The notes: generated by a model not told the origin, from the sequence alone. Numbered from the stretch's first letter, positions 27,901 to 36,770 are shown. The stretch: DNA of 64,000 nucleotides from Anaeromyxobacteraceae bacterium (GCA_032654565.1 JAULAX010000015.1:800001-864000), one strand, 5' to 3'. Translations and numbers: made by a program.

Positions 27901-30642
27901 CGCCTCCAGGTGCCGGCCGGCGCGGGTCAGGGCCTCGAGCTGCCCGGCCGGGTCGCCGCTCTGCTCCAGCGCCCCGACCAGCACGTCGCCGGCCTCGCGC
28001 TCGCCGGCCTCCAGCGCCCGCTCGGCGTGGGCCCGCGCCGACGGGGCCTCGCCGGCCGCCAGGGCGGCCCGCGCCGCGCGCAGCTCCAGCGCCCCGGCGT
28101 CGGCCGGCCCGCTGGCCAGCGCCGTGCGCAGCGCCCCCATCACCCGGTGGTGGTCGCCGACCCGCTCGGCCAGCGTCGCCTCCAGCCGCGGCAGCGAGGG
28201 ATCGCCCGGGCTGAGGGCGCGGGCCTCGTCGAGCGCGGTGAGCGCCAGCGCCGGGTCGCCCTCCGCCAGCAGCTCGGCCCGCTCGCGCCAGGCCGCGGCG
28301 GCCGCGCTCCGGTCGCCGGCGGCGAGGGCCGCCTGCGCCACCTCGGCCAGCAGGGCGGCCAGGGCCGGGCCATCGCCGGAGCGGCGCGCCAGCCCGGCGG
28401 CCTCGGCCAGCCGCTGCCGCGAGGGCTCGGCCCGTCGGGCGGCGCCGATGGCACGAGCCGCGGCGGAGAGGTCGCCGGCCCGGGCGCTGGCGGCCGCCAG
28501 GCGGTCGAGGATCGTGGCCTCCTCGGCCCGGTCCCGGGCCAGCGGCACCAGCTTGAGGAGCACGTCGCGCTCGGCGGGGCCGTCGCCGCGGGCCTGGGCC
28601 GCGGCCGCCAGCCCCTCGATGGCCGGCCGGCAGGCGGGGTCGAGCTGCAGCGCCGCGGCGTAGCGGTCCACCGCCAGGTCGGGGCGGCCCAGCGGCCCCC
28701 GGGCCAGGTCGCCGGCCTCGGCCAGCAGGGCGGCGCGGGCCGGCGGCGCCGCGGTGAGCGGGGCCAGCCGGTCGAGGGCGTGGAGCAGCTGGGCGTGGCG
28801 GCCGAGGCGGCGGTGGAGCGCCGCCAGGCGGGTGAGCTGGGCGGCGTCGAGCGGCGCCGTGGCCTGGGCCGCCTCGAGGTGGGTGGCGGCGCCGGCCTGG
28901 TCGTCGAGGTGGCGCTCGGCCACCTCGGCCAGGGCCAGGTGGTGGGCCGCGGCCAGCGCCCCGGCCCCGGGCGCGGTCCGGTCGAGCACCGCCAGCGCCG
29001 CGGCGTGGTGGTCGGCGGCCTCGGCCCAGCGCCCCAGCCGCTCGGCGCAGCCGGCCGCCAGCCGGTGGGCCTCGGCGGCGCGCGGGCCGAGCTCGGCCGC
29101 CTCGCGGTAGCGGAGCAGGGCGTTCTCGACGTGGCCGAGCCGCGACTCCCAGGTGGCGCCCGCCTCGAGCGCCAGGGCCACGGCCCCGGCCAGGTCGCCG
29201 GAGCGGCGCCTGAGCGCCGAGAGCCGGTCGAGGGCGCCGACGGCGCGCAGGTGCTCGCCGGCGTCGGCGCAGGCGCGGGCCAGCGCCGAGAGCGACTCGG
29301 CGTCGTCGGGGGCGAGGCGCAGGGCCCGGTCGAGGTGGAGCCGGGCGCCGGGCGGATCGCTGGCCAGCAGCAGCTCGCCCAGCTCGGCGTGGGCGCGCGC
29401 CTTCTCGAGGTCGGTGGGGGCGTAGGCCAGCACGCGGCGCGCCGCCCGGATCTGCGCCCCCTTGTCGCCGCGGGCCCGGGCCAGGGACCGCAGGGCCCGC
29501 AGCGCCGGGAGGTGGTCGCGCCGGGCGGCCAGGGCCGCGTCGACGGCCCGCGCCAGCAGCTCGTCGTCGACGCCGGGGAGCGAGAGCACCGCCTCGGCGG
29601 CCGCCACCGCCGCCAGCCGCTCGCCCGCCGCCACCGCCGCCTCGGCCAGCGCCACCAGCGCCGCGGCCGCGCGGGCGTGCTCGCCGCGGGCGGTGCGGAC
29701 CCAGGCCTCGGCGGCCAGCGCCGGGGCGAAGCCGGGGCGTCGCTGCAGCCAGCCGGCGGCCAGGTCGAGCGCCTCGTCGTGGAACCGCTCGTCGGCGCAG
29801 AGCAGCGAGAGCAGCCGGTCGGCGGCGAAGGGGTGGGTGGTGGGCGCCGCCGAGCCCAGCCAGGCCTCCCGGGCCGCGGACCAGTCGCCGGCGGCGGTGA
29901 GCGCCTCGGCCTCGGCGAAGGCGCGCGATCCCTCCAGCGCCGACAGCAGGTCGGCGTCGCCGGCGGCGGGTGGCGGGGCCTGGGTCTCGCGGGCCCAGGC
30001 GAGGAGGACGCCGGTGGGGGCCACCACCGCGGCGGCCAGCCGGACGCCCCCCTCCCGCGGCACCTTCCAGCCGCGGCTGACCAGCAGCCGGCGCGCCAGC
30101 AGGGGGAGGGGATCGTCGGGGAGGCCGAGGGAGGAGAGGGCGCGGGCGGCCAGGTGGGGCAGGGCGGCGGCCGGGAGCGGCGACGGGCCGTAGAGCCGCG
30201 GCGCGTAGGGCACCACCGCCACGCCGCGCTCGAAGCCGGGGAGCAGGCCGAGCCGCAGCGAGAAGGCCGGACCGCTGGCCAGCCGGCCGCCCACCTCGGC
30301 GAAGCCGTCGCGCAGGGCCACCTCCAGCGAGGCCAGGCCCAGCTCGCCGAGGTCGAGCCGCGCCACGGCGGCCGTCACCGCGGCCTGGTCGATCCGGACG
30401 GTGAGGGCGTCGAGGTCGCAGAGCCGGTGGCGGAACTGGGCCGGGCCTCCGCCGGCGTCGAAGGGGAGGGCGATGTCCGGCACCTTGAGATCGAGGTGCT
30501 CGACCAGCAGGCCGGCCATGGCGGCAGGCGCGCCGAGGCGGACGTGGGCGCCGCCTCTCTCGAGGCGGAGCTCGAAGCCGTTTCCGGTCCGGGTCCCGGC
30601 GGCTGGTGAGGCCGTCGAGGCGGTGGGGTCGACCTCCGCCAT
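21979..30642 (-). CDS. Giant (2887 aa) TPR-like alpha-solenoid protein with acidic Pro/Glu-rich linker
   Basis: Continuous GC3-biased ORF with recurrent A...L..AL...P...AL helical units; TAGGAT at 30652-30657 upstream. Confidence 0.88.
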   Translation of the reverse strand: MAEVDPTASTASPAAGTRTGNGFELRLERGGAHVRLGAPAAMAGLLVEHLDLKVPDIALPFDAGGGPAQFRHRLCDLDALTVRIDQAAVTAAVARLDLGELGLASLEVALRDGFAEVGGRLASGPAFSLRLGLLPGFERGVAVVPYAPRLYGPSPLPAAALPHLAARALSSLGLPDDPLPLLARRLLVSRGWKVPREGGVRLAAAVVAPTGVLLAWARETQAPPPAAGDADLLSALEGSRAFAEAEALTAAGDWSAAREAWLGSAAPTTHPFAADRLLSLLCADERFHDEALDLAAGWLQRRPGFAPALAAEAWVRTARGEHARAAAALVALAEAAVAAGERLAAVAAAEAVLSLPGVDDELLARAVDAALAARRDHLPALRALRSLARARGDKGAQIRAARRVLAYAPTDLEKARAHAELGELLLASDPPGARLHLDRALRLAPDDAESLSALARACADAGEHLRAVGALDRLSALRRRSGDLAGAVALALEAGATWESRLGHVENALLRYREAAELGPRAAEAHRLAAGCAERLGRWAEAADHHAAALAVLDRTAPGAGALAAAHHLALAEVAERHLDDQAGAATHLEAAQATAPLDAAQLTRLAALHRRLGRHAQLLHALDRLAPLTAAPPARAALLAEAGDLARGPLGRPDLAVDRYAAALQLDPACRPAIEGLAAAAQARGDGPAERDVLLKLVPLARDRAEEATILDRLAAASARAGDLSAAARAIGAARRAEPSRQRLAEAAGLARRSGDGPALAALLAEVAQAALAAGDRSAAAAAWRERAELLAEGDPALALTALDEARALSPGDPSLPRLEATLAERVGDHHRVMGALRTALASGPADAGALELRAARAALAAGEAPSARAHAERALEAGEREAGDVLVGALEQSGDPAGQLEALTRAGRHLEAAALAERLGDRPGAVRSLERAAEARETGGEALRHLLRLHAAAGDARAAAAALLTAAARTGGQEGAALAWRAFSLTGDTSALDLAAQSDPGFAPARAERAARRAADDAAGALADAEAALAGQGLDAARRPELLRLAAALAERTGERELARRRLAAYAQTGNPTSSELAHLAGLHREANDLDGLATTLVRLASSTPVGEALHVHRDLAALLARIGREPEAMESWRAVLRFDPIALEPLRALLAPGRAALLHDGEREPLLRTLAAHDGAGEEERVEAWEAVALLRQAAGDPVGAAEARGEAARLRGDDGEGLERRAQEAIAAGDHPGAARLLLERARLALAAAEAGAAERLAEAGLALVEAGLVTDGEATLREALELDPEPERARGALTSLLGLAVARSDAAAEAEALAALAPLVPAGERPDLLLRLAVLRAGAGDAAGAAQAAEQARTLAPRSLAAVRQARLAAAALGDEATVVTRLEEEARLDADQAGALLLERARLLAKQGQHQAADHAFTESLLLLPPDQGLALEQVRLRRSHLPERSASEPLERFAGRLEDPATSARAQAAAAALAWEAGDGGAALRCARRAFSRSRQTPALAGPLLGRLLYAQGSFAEALVVHRTLLEAGFPGFEEGEVVALCRQLAELASEADDPALALAAFDRLLALRPQEAAAALARSRIDPDRQRAVTALEAVAGRVRSRASRIELLAAAAEGALAELHDRRLGERLFREARAEAGDSPGLAVALERRRVEATRQGGLGPEALLGALHEAAETARSAGDADAAQLLLEEAVAEQRRRGMRRGAADDLLALEALLAERGAGGAAAVRAREAAELLAEAGDPSAVAVMRRALERDPGDPAGLRRLVAMEAHFDPAAAEATLRQALAEQPGDPAIEATLLGLLDREGREEARARLLLDRARRQADPAARAGLRREAARLLASTGRPDDAALAADTLLAVTTDLPADGGALREAATALLGCGRAPEAIPLLAAALRSSPDDEALARLLVQAGGVRPPRSTAPVADSIEAAFSLPDPVVEPFGAPRYQPIVGPMTLEFPPLERPASEPTELEPSAPEPGTVEPEPQVVELQEGGEAEAMPPAGLEPQVVELQEAGEAAAAPVEREPEHEPEHEFEHEFEPLTVPVPERLAATVPATDFEPIVGPMTLEFPALERPVNEPTTPEAADHEPPVAESAAFDTEPVATEPTPRPEPESVPFDAEPTPRPGPEPVRLDVESPVAGSVSLEAEPAVADPAPEPGPEPEPVHFDPEPAVADPLAEAHDLARLAEAATDPAARAAAWLASAGAARRAGLAIEEVRLAIALACEAEPDAPAPWLALAELELASGDPVEAARAHLAVSIRTEGPAAAEAALVAARLFLEQGRPPDAVRALRAAALGEPSSVPAELVQAAEGLASGWPEAAAGLLARLDHGALSDAAHAVHVQLWQLVAGSAAAAPEHDLGIALDPTTEPAPTEEAPPAEPDPAGAAWSFEDGDLDDFTVTLEGAEPLASLETTASPVLPEPSLLAGPELPAEAGSLADTMAALEVGGPDPVEPDPIVLHLRAEADGSTGADRAAALERLAGLLERQGDLGGAADALLEALAADAERELTWGWLDALVAGDAGREARVAALRASLAAAPPAAEPPTEALERALAAARQDPSDVEALLAVAALAREVATGDAPADQDRLSELARLATSIAAFVAPERAPAPEPPPFAAALSPATRDRAALPEAVGPLGTLLALLTPHLEPLFPADLQRRGATVADRLVAPRAPEVREPLEIASVLLSARDHATFLVDRPGAQVAIENTRPPALIVPAGFADLPLGARHFLAVRAFDQLERGGALVGKFAPRDVGILLELACRFAGGQPPSLGLPAARAGDFLSAMARGVPPVLAARVASLGPPAADELAGTELSALAAALQRTSARVALLATGDPAGAFTALLATDPPAQPLTGAEALRIPALWELATLALSDAFLDLRVAVVR
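24403..24785. repeat. Intragenic direct repeats in the giant protein
   Basis: ~50-bp copies at 24403-24452 and 24736-24785 (PIVGPMTLEFPxLERP) and ~28-bp copies at 24589-24616 and 24651-24678 (EPQVVELQE). Confidence 0.9.
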
Positions 30643-30670
30643 GCGTCCGAAATCCTAGCGGGAAATGGGC

Positions 30671-30851
30671 GTGGGCGCGAAAAAGCGCCCACCGATCCGT
30701 GCCCGGGAGGCGCTATCGCCCCAATCGCGTCGGCGCCGGCCTCTGGTGGCGCCGACGCAAGCCTGGTGCAGTCCTCCAGCCGAGGAGCACGGTCCTGAAA
30801 GAGCAGATCGCATGGCTCGTGCTTCTACGTTGCGCGCCCTGAAGGGCGCGC
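30671..30851. ncRNA. Candidate structured non-coding element (three hairpins, central ~100-nt rod)
   Basis: Stems 30671-78/30685-92, 30727-37/30748-58 (11 bp perfect), 30832-39/30844-51, plus outer ccgtgc/gcacgg and ggagg/cctcc pairs; no known family recognised. Confidence 0.4.
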
Positions 30852-30854
30852 GAT

Positions 30855-33800
30855 TCACGGCTTGCCGGTGGCCGCCTTGTGGGCGTTGTTCCCCTCGGCC
30901 ACGTTGGCGCCTCCCTTGCGGAAGATCACCACCGAGCGGCGCGACTGCAGCTCCTGGTCCTCGCGGGCGAAGACCGTCACCACGTTCTGCCCCGGCTTGA
31001 GCGGCAGGTCGGTGGTGAAGTCGAGCCGCCCCCGGGTGCTGGCCGAGCCGTTGGCGGCGTCGGGCACCACGCGGAAGAAGACCTTCTCGTCGTTGACGAA
31101 GACGTAGACGTCGCGGAGGCGGGCGTCGGGATCGGCCGAGGGGGGCAGCAGCGCCGAGCCGGCGAGCCTGAAGGTGTCGGCCTCGACCACCGGCGCGCCG
31201 CGGGCCGGGTCGGGCGACAGGGTGATGCGCGGCGGCTCGTGCTGCCAGGCCTCGACGGCGCCGCCGGTGCCGGGCGAGCGGCTGGTGGTCACGTCGGCGC
31301 TGGCCACGAAGCCGAAGCGGCCCCGGGTCCACTCCACCCGGCGGAAGCCGTTGGCGGAGCCGGTGAGCGGCAGGACCAGCCCCTTCCTGGCGGTGGCCAC
31401 CACCCCGGCAGTGGCGCTGGCGCCGCCGCGGATGACCACCTCGGCCCCCTCGACGCGGACCCCGCCCGACTCCACGGCCACCTTCTCCGAGCCCGGGGCG
31501 ACCGGCAGGTCGAGCTTCTGCGACAGGTACTCCCCGCTCTTCTCGTCGATGACCTGGACCCGGAAGGGGAGCGAGGCGCCGGCACCCGGCTTGAGCTCGA
31601 TCTCCATGGAGGCGGCGCGGCTCTCGCCCGGCTTGAGCGCCCCCACCACCTCCCGCCCCTTCTTGATGAAGAGCTTCTCGTCGCCGAGGTTCTTGAGGAG
31701 CACGTAGGTCTTGTCGCCGCTCACCCCCGGGCCGACGTTGCGGACGTCGATGCGGACGGTGAAGGTCTCGCCGCGGGCCGGCAGGCCGTCGCCGTTTCCA
31801 CCCTTGCGGTCGTCCACCTGCAGGCTGTAGGCGAAGAGCGGGCGCGGCACCTCGACCACGTCGAGCGAGGTGAGCACGTCGGCCGGGGCCTTGCCCTGGT
31901 CGTCCTCGAAGTGGAAGGTCACCTCGTCGCGGCGGCTGTCGAAGCTGCGCGGCAGCTTGAGCGGCACCGACCAGCTCTTCCGCTCGCCGGGGCGGACGGT
32001 GCCGAAGACGAACTCGCGCCGATCGAGGAAGAAGTTCTTCTCGTCGACGGTCCAGGCCCGCAGGCGGCGGAAGGGGGCGTCGCCCCGGTTCTCCACCGTC
32101 ACGGTCCACTGGACCACCTCGCCGGCCTTCTGGGCGCGGCCGGCCGGCGGGGTCACCGTCACCACGGCGCGCGGGGCGCCGGTGGTGGTGCCGTGCGGCG
32201 CCGACCAGTCCACGCCGAGCTGGCCGAGGCGGGCCTCGAGCCGCTTCTCCTCCTCGGCGCGGCGCTCGCCCACCAGGCCGCCGGCGGCCTCCAGCAGCCG
32301 GGCCCGGTCCGGGAACGGGGCCCGGGCCAGCAGGTCGCGGGCGAAGCGGATCTGGAAGTCCTCCTTGACCTGGTCGGGATCGGCGTCGATCTCCTCGTCC
32401 TCCTGCTGCTCGGCGGAGAGCGCGGCCTCCTCGCCGTGGGCGTCGCGGGCCGCCTCGCGCTTCAGGGCCCGGGCCACCGCGTCCTCCTTCTCGTCGAGCA
32501 GGTAGCGGAGCTCCAGCGGCGACTTCTCGGCGCGGCGCTTCTTCAGGTCGGCGGCCTTGGCGCCGCCCAGGTTGGAGAGGTGGCGGTCGAGGTCGGCCTC
32601 GCCCATGGCGCGGGGCGGGGCGAAGACGTTGATCTGGTCCTTGAGCGCCCGGCCCGGCAGCAGCGCCACGTCCGGGATGATGCCCACCTCCTGGATGGAG
32701 ACGTCACCGGGGGTGAGGTACTGGGCGATGGTGAGCTTGAGGGCGGCGTCCTCGGTGGGGCGCCCCGGCTCGCTGAAGTCGAAGAGGGTCTGGACCGAGC
32801 CCTTGCCGAAGGTGGGCCGGCCGACGATGAGCGCCCGGCCGTTGTTCTTGAGGGCGCCGGCCACGATCTCGCTGGCCGAGGCCGAGCTGCCGTTGACCAG
32901 CACCACCAGCGGCAGGCCGGCCAGGTCCTTGGGGTCGCTGGTGGCCTCGCGGACCTCGCGCTGGCGCTGGGCGCCGTCGCTGACCGTCTTGACGATGACC
33001 CCCTCGGAGAGGAAGAGGTCGGAGAGCTCCACCGCCTCGTCGAGCAGGCCGCCGGGGTTGCCGCGCAGGTCGAGGATCAACCCCTTGAGGCGCCCGCCGG
33101 CCCTCTCCCGCTGCTGCAGGATGGCCTTGTGGATCTCCCGGGTGCCGTTGCGGGCGAAGGTGGTGTAGCGCAGGTAGCCGACGCCCTGGTCGAGCAGCTT
33201 GGCCTGGGGGATGGTCTCGACGCTGATGGTGTCGCGGGTGAGCTGCAGCCGGCGCGGCTCGGGCCAGGCGGTGCGGGCCACGGTGATCGTCACCGGGGTG
33301 CCGGGCTTGCCGCGGAGCCGCTCGACGGCGTCCTGCACGTCCATGTTGATGGTCGACTGCTCGCCGATGCGGGCGATGATGTCCTTGGAGCGGATGCCGG
33401 CCTTCTGCGCCGGGGTGTTCTTGAACACCCGGACCACGGTCAGGTTGCCGTCGCGCATGGCGATGGCGAAGCCGATCCCGCCGAACTCGCCGCGGGTCTG
33501 GGTCTTCATGTCGCGGAAGTACTTGGGCTCGAGCACCACCGAGTGGGGGTCGAGCGTGGAGAGCACCCCGGCGGCGGCCGCGTACTCGATCTCGCGCAGG
33601 TCCTCGTGGGCCACCAGGTTCTCCTGCACGAACCCCATGACCTCGCCCAGCAGCAGCCGGGCGTTCCAGATGGTGTCGACGTCCTTGAGGGCGAAGTCGC
33701 GGGTGGCGCTGCCGACCGTGACGGTGAGCTTGTCGCTCTTGGCGTCCCCCTTGACCATCACCTCGGCCACGGTCCGCTCCACCGAGTCGAGCGCCGCCAC

Positions 33801-34148
33801 CACCATGGCCTTGGGGTCGATGCGGGTGGGGTCCACGTAGGCCTGGTGGACCTTGCTGAAGACGAAGCCGAGGATGGGGAGCCGGTCGAGCCGGTAGTCC
33901 TCGGCCGCGGTGGCCCCCTTGCCCTGGGTGGCGCCGCTCAGGGAGGCGGCCAGGTCGTCGGCGTGGCCCAGCGAGGCCGAGGACGGCGCGGCGGGCAGCC
34001 CCGTGGTGGCGCTGGAGGCCAGCAGGGCGAGGGCCCGGGCCGGCGCCGGGGCCTGCTCCGGATCGGCGCGGACGAAGCGGACGGCGACACCGAGCGCCAG
34101 GGCGGCGACGACGGCAAGCGTGGCGACGAGCCGGAACGGGCGGTTCAT
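30855..34148 (-). CDS. S41 carboxyl-terminal protease with PDZ and C-terminal Ig-like domains (MXAN_5808-type)
   Basis: LDPHS, GEFGGIG, LILDLRGNPGGLL, SASASEIVAGAL, TFGKGSVQ; start ATG 34148 with signal/TM segment. Confidence 0.92.
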   Translation of the reverse strand: MNRPFRLVATLAVVAALALGVAVRFVRADPEQAPAPARALALLASSATTGLPAAPSSASLGHADDLAASLSGATQGKGATAAEDYRLDRLPILGFVFSKVHQAYVDPTRIDPKAMVVAALDSVERTVAEVMVKGDAKSDKLTVTVGSATRDFALKDVDTIWNARLLLGEVMGFVQENLVAHEDLREIEYAAAAGVLSTLDPHSVVLEPKYFRDMKTQTRGEFGGIGFAIAMRDGNLTVVRVFKNTPAQKAGIRSKDIIARIGEQSTINMDVQDAVERLRGKPGTPVTITVARTAWPEPRRLQLTRDTISVETIPQAKLLDQGVGYLRYTTFARNGTREIHKAILQQRERAGGRLKGLILDLRGNPGGLLDEAVELSDLFLSEGVIVKTVSDGAQRQREVREATSDPKDLAGLPLVVLVNGSSASASEIVAGALKNNGRALIVGRPTFGKGSVQTLFDFSEPGRPTEDAALKLTIAQYLTPGDVSIQEVGIIPDVALLPGRALKDQINVFAPPRAMGEADLDRHLSNLGGAKAADLKKRRAEKSPLELRYLLDEKEDAVARALKREAARDAHGEEAALSAEQQEDEEIDADPDQVKEDFQIRFARDLLARAPFPDRARLLEAAGGLVGERRAEEEKRLEARLGQLGVDWSAPHGTTTGAPRAVVTVTPPAGRAQKAGEVVQWTVTVENRGDAPFRRLRAWTVDEKNFFLDRREFVFGTVRPGERKSWSVPLKLPRSFDSRRDEVTFHFEDDQGKAPADVLTSLDVVEVPRPLFAYSLQVDDRKGGNGDGLPARGETFTVRIDVRNVGPGVSGDKTYVLLKNLGDEKLFIKKGREVVGALKPGESRAASMEIELKPGAGASLPFRVQVIDEKSGEYLSQKLDLPVAPGSEKVAVESGGVRVEGAEVVIRGGASATAGVVATARKGLVLPLTGSANGFRRVEWTRGRFGFVASADVTTSRSPGTGGAVEAWQHEPPRITLSPDPARGAPVVEADTFRLAGSALLPPSADPDARLRDVYVFVNDEKVFFRVVPDAANGSASTRGRLDFTTDLPLKPGQNVVTVFAREDQELQSRRSVVIFRKGGANVAEGNNAHKAATGKP

Positions 34149-34391
34149 TCTGTCTGGCTTTCCCGGGGGAGTTCGGCTGGGGGGAGAAATCCGAGTGACT
34201 GTCGAGGATAGGAGGAGCCCGGTGGGAAAACAAGGGAACCGCCCCGCGCATGCCCGGGATCGTCCGGGCCTCCCTTTCGGGGAGGGAAACCGGGTCCGGC
34301 GGGCCTTGGACGATCGGGGGGGTCGGGGGTAGGTTCGGCACCCGCGGAAGGGCCGGAGCGCCGGCCACCGCGGCTGAAAGGCGGTCGTCCC

Positions 34392-35756
34392 GTGTCGCTC
34401 GATGCCAAGGTGAAGGAGAGCCCGCCGGTGACCGGCGTGGACGATCTCACCAGCTACTTCCGGCAGCGGGAGCGGCCGCGCCCCGACTGGAAGGTGGGGC
34501 TGGAGCACGAGAAGATCGCGCTCAGGGCCGGCACCCTCGAGCCGGTCCCCTTCGAGGGGCCGGGCGGCATCGAGGCGGCGCTGCGGGCCTTCACCCAGTT
34601 CGGCTACCAGCCCTTCCTCGAGGACGGTCGGATCATCGCCACCCAGCGGACCGGGCTGACCGTCTCCATCGAGCCGGGCGGCCAGATCGAGCTCTCCGGC
34701 CGCCCCTTCGCCGACATCCACGCCGTGGCCTCGGAGCTGGAGCGCCACCTGGTGAAGTGCCGGGAGGTGGCCGGGGCGCTGGGGCTGGAGCTGCTGGCCA
34801 CCGGCTACCGCCCCTGGGGCCGGCCCACCGAGGTGCCGTGGATGCCGAAGAACCGGTACACGGTGATGCGCCCGTTCCTCGAGGCCCGCGGCCGGCTGGC
34901 GGTGGACATGATGGCCATGACCGGCTCCACCCAGGCCTCCTTCGACTTCTCCGGCGAGCGGGACATGGCCGAGAAGCTCCGGGTGGCGCTGGCGGTGCAG
35001 CCGGCCGTCACCGCGCTCAGCGCCAACTCGCCGGTGGTGGACGGCCGGGAGTCGGGCTGGAAGAGCTACCGGGTGGCGGTCTGGGAGGAGACCGACCCGG
35101 AGCGCAGCGGGCTGCTCCCCTTCGCCTTCGAGCCCGGCTTCGACGACGACGCCTACCGCCGCTACGCCGAGTGGGCGCTCGACGTCCCCATGGTCTTCCT
35201 GCGACGCGACGGCCGCTACCTGCCCACCGGCGGCCACAGCTTCCGCCGCTTCCTGGTGGAGGGGCTGCACGGCCACCGCCCCACCATGCTCGACTGGGAG
35301 GACCACCTCTCCACGCTCTTCCCCGAGGTGCGGGTGAAGGGGGTGGTGGAGGTGCGCGGCGCCGACGCCTGCGACGCCGACATGACCCGGGCGGTGCTGG
35401 CGCTCTGGAAGGGGATCCTCTACGACCGGCAGGCCCGCGACTGGGCCTGGGACGCCGTCAAGCGCTTCACGGTGGGTGCGAGGCGGGCCCTGATGGTGGC
35501 GGCCGGCCGGCAGGGGCTGGAGGCGCGGACCCCCGACGGTCGGACCCTCGGCCAGCTGGCCGGGACGCTGCTCGACGCCGCCGAGGCCGGCCTGTGCCGG
35601 CAGCACGCCTGCGGCGACCAGGGGGAGGACGAGCGGAAGTTCCTGGCCCCGCTCCGGGCCCGGGCGGAGAGCGAGCGCTCCCCGTCCGACGAAGCGCTGG
35701 AGGCCTTCCGCCGCGGCGGGGACCGGGCGCTGGCCGAGCACCTGCGCTGCGCCTGA
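34392..35756 (+). CDS. gshA: Glutamate--cysteine ligase (GCS2, plant/alphaproteobacterial type)
   Basis: VGLEHEK, SIEPGGQIELSG, WMPKNRY, ANSP, HLSTLFPEVR, EVRGAD. Confidence 0.92.
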   Translation: MSLDAKVKESPPVTGVDDLTSYFRQRERPRPDWKVGLEHEKIALRAGTLEPVPFEGPGGIEAALRAFTQFGYQPFLEDGRIIATQRTGLTVSIEPGGQIELSGRPFADIHAVASELERHLVKCREVAGALGLELLATGYRPWGRPTEVPWMPKNRYTVMRPFLEARGRLAVDMMAMTGSTQASFDFSGERDMAEKLRVALAVQPAVTALSANSPVVDGRESGWKSYRVAVWEETDPERSGLLPFAFEPGFDDDAYRRYAEWALDVPMVFLRRDGRYLPTGGHSFRRFLVEGLHGHRPTMLDWEDHLSTLFPEVRVKGVVEVRGADACDADMTRAVLALWKGILYDRQARDWAWDAVKRFTVGARRALMVAAGRQGLEARTPDGRTLGQLAGTLLDAAEAGLCRQHACGDQGEDERKFLAPLRARAESERSPSDEALEAFRRGGDRALAEHLRCA

Positions 35757-35801
35757 GCGGGCCGCCAGGCTCCCGGGCGGGCCGGGCGGGGGCGCTCCCC
35801 G

Positions 35802-36770
35802 TCAGTCCAGCTCGGGGGGCAGGGTGTTGCCGAAGAGCAGCGTCATCCCCACCAGGAACTCCAGGCCGGTGAACTTCCCGCTGGCCTCCAGGCCGGTCGG
35901 CCCGCGGACCGGGTCGTGTCCGTACTGGTTCATCCCGGCGCTCTTGGTGAAGGTGTAGAGCGCCGCGGCGCTGAAGAGGAAGGGCGACCGGGTGTACAGC
36001 GAGACCCGCAGCCCGCCCGAGACGCCGAGGAGCGCGTCCTCGGCGGCCTCCTTGCCGGAGGCCTTGAGCGTCGCGTAGGCGATGTTGACGGAGAGCGGCA
36101 AGTCCAGGCTGACCAGGCCGAGCTTCCCGTAGGGCTTCACCAGCGGCAGGGCGAACTCGAGGCGGAGCTCGTAGAACTGGTGGTCGGCGTTGGTGATGGT
36201 GGTCGGGGTGCCACCCGAGCCGGCGGCCGGCGAGGTGAACTGGGGCACCTTCCCGCTGGCGTAGCGCATCATCAGGGCGAAGTTGCCGGTCCCCGCGCCG
36301 GCCCGGAAGCCGAGCCCGAAGGCGGACTCGAGCTTGTCGCCGAGGCGGCCGCCGTAGCCGGGTCCGGGTGACAGCCGGGGCACGTACTCCAGGCTGAATC
36401 CGGCCGAGTCCTGGTTGTAGGTGGCCCTGGCCTCGCCGTCGGCCTTGGCGCCCAGCGTGGCGCGTCGCTCGGCGGCCGCCTTCCCCAGCGGGCTCCCGGG
36501 CTCCAGGTCGGCCGCCTTGCCGTAGGCGGCGGCGCCGGGGCCGGCGTGGCCCAGCCGCTCCTCGATGATCCCCAGCAGGAACCAGGCCCGGGCGTTCCCC
36601 GGCTCACGCTCGGTGGCCTCCAGCGCCGCCTCGCGGGCCGGCCCCCAGCTCTTCTGCGAGGCCAGCTGCCTGGCGCGGGGATACGGCCCCGGCGCCTCCT
36701 GGGCCCCGGCCGGTGCGGCCGCCAGCAGGGCCAGCAGGAGGCCGGCGGTCGCGGCGGCTCGGGCCCTCAT
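35802..36770 (-). CDS. Exported protein: N-terminal TPR plus probable outer-membrane beta-barrel
   Basis: Signal AGA, EPGNARAWFLLG TPR, alternating amphipathic strands ending GLEFLVGMTLLFG; ATGA-coupled to upstream gene. Confidence 0.7.
   Translation of the reverse strand: MRARAAATAGLLLALLAAAPAGAQEAPGPYPRARQLASQKSWGPAREAALEATEREPGNARAWFLLGIIEERLGHAGPGAAAYGKAADLEPGSPLGKAAAERRATLGAKADGEARATYNQDSAGFSLEYVPRLSPGPGYGGRLGDKLESAFGLGFRAGAGTGNFALMMRYASGKVPQFTSPAAGSGGTPTTITNADHQFYELRLEFALPLVKPYGKLGLVSLDLPLSVNIAYATLKASGKEAAEDALLGVSGGLRVSLYTRSPFLFSAAALYTFTKSAGMNQYGHDPVRGPTGLEASGKFTGLEFLVGMTLLFGNTLPPELD

Noticed and set aside
21811..30609. 2932-aa plus-strand ORF and similar long ORFs (22076..26095, 30879..34211, 40150..44583, 60386..63775)
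   Set aside because: Antisense or off-frame shadows of real genes; stop-codon scarcity at high GC; no recognisable motifs
30748..30765. GACGCAAGCC resembling the c-di-GMP-I riboswitch
   Set aside because: No GGCAAA or GNRA-capped stem upstream; the GACGC is part of a perfect 11-bp stem
30655..30813. 52-aa minus-strand ORF across the structured intergenic element
   Set aside because: A/T-ending codons unlike host genes, no SD; treated as non-coding
34258..34315. Inverted repeat GATCGTCC/GGACGATC with inner hairpin between peptidase and gshA
   Set aside because: Hairpins of this size are expected in GC-rich intergenic DNA; no other support
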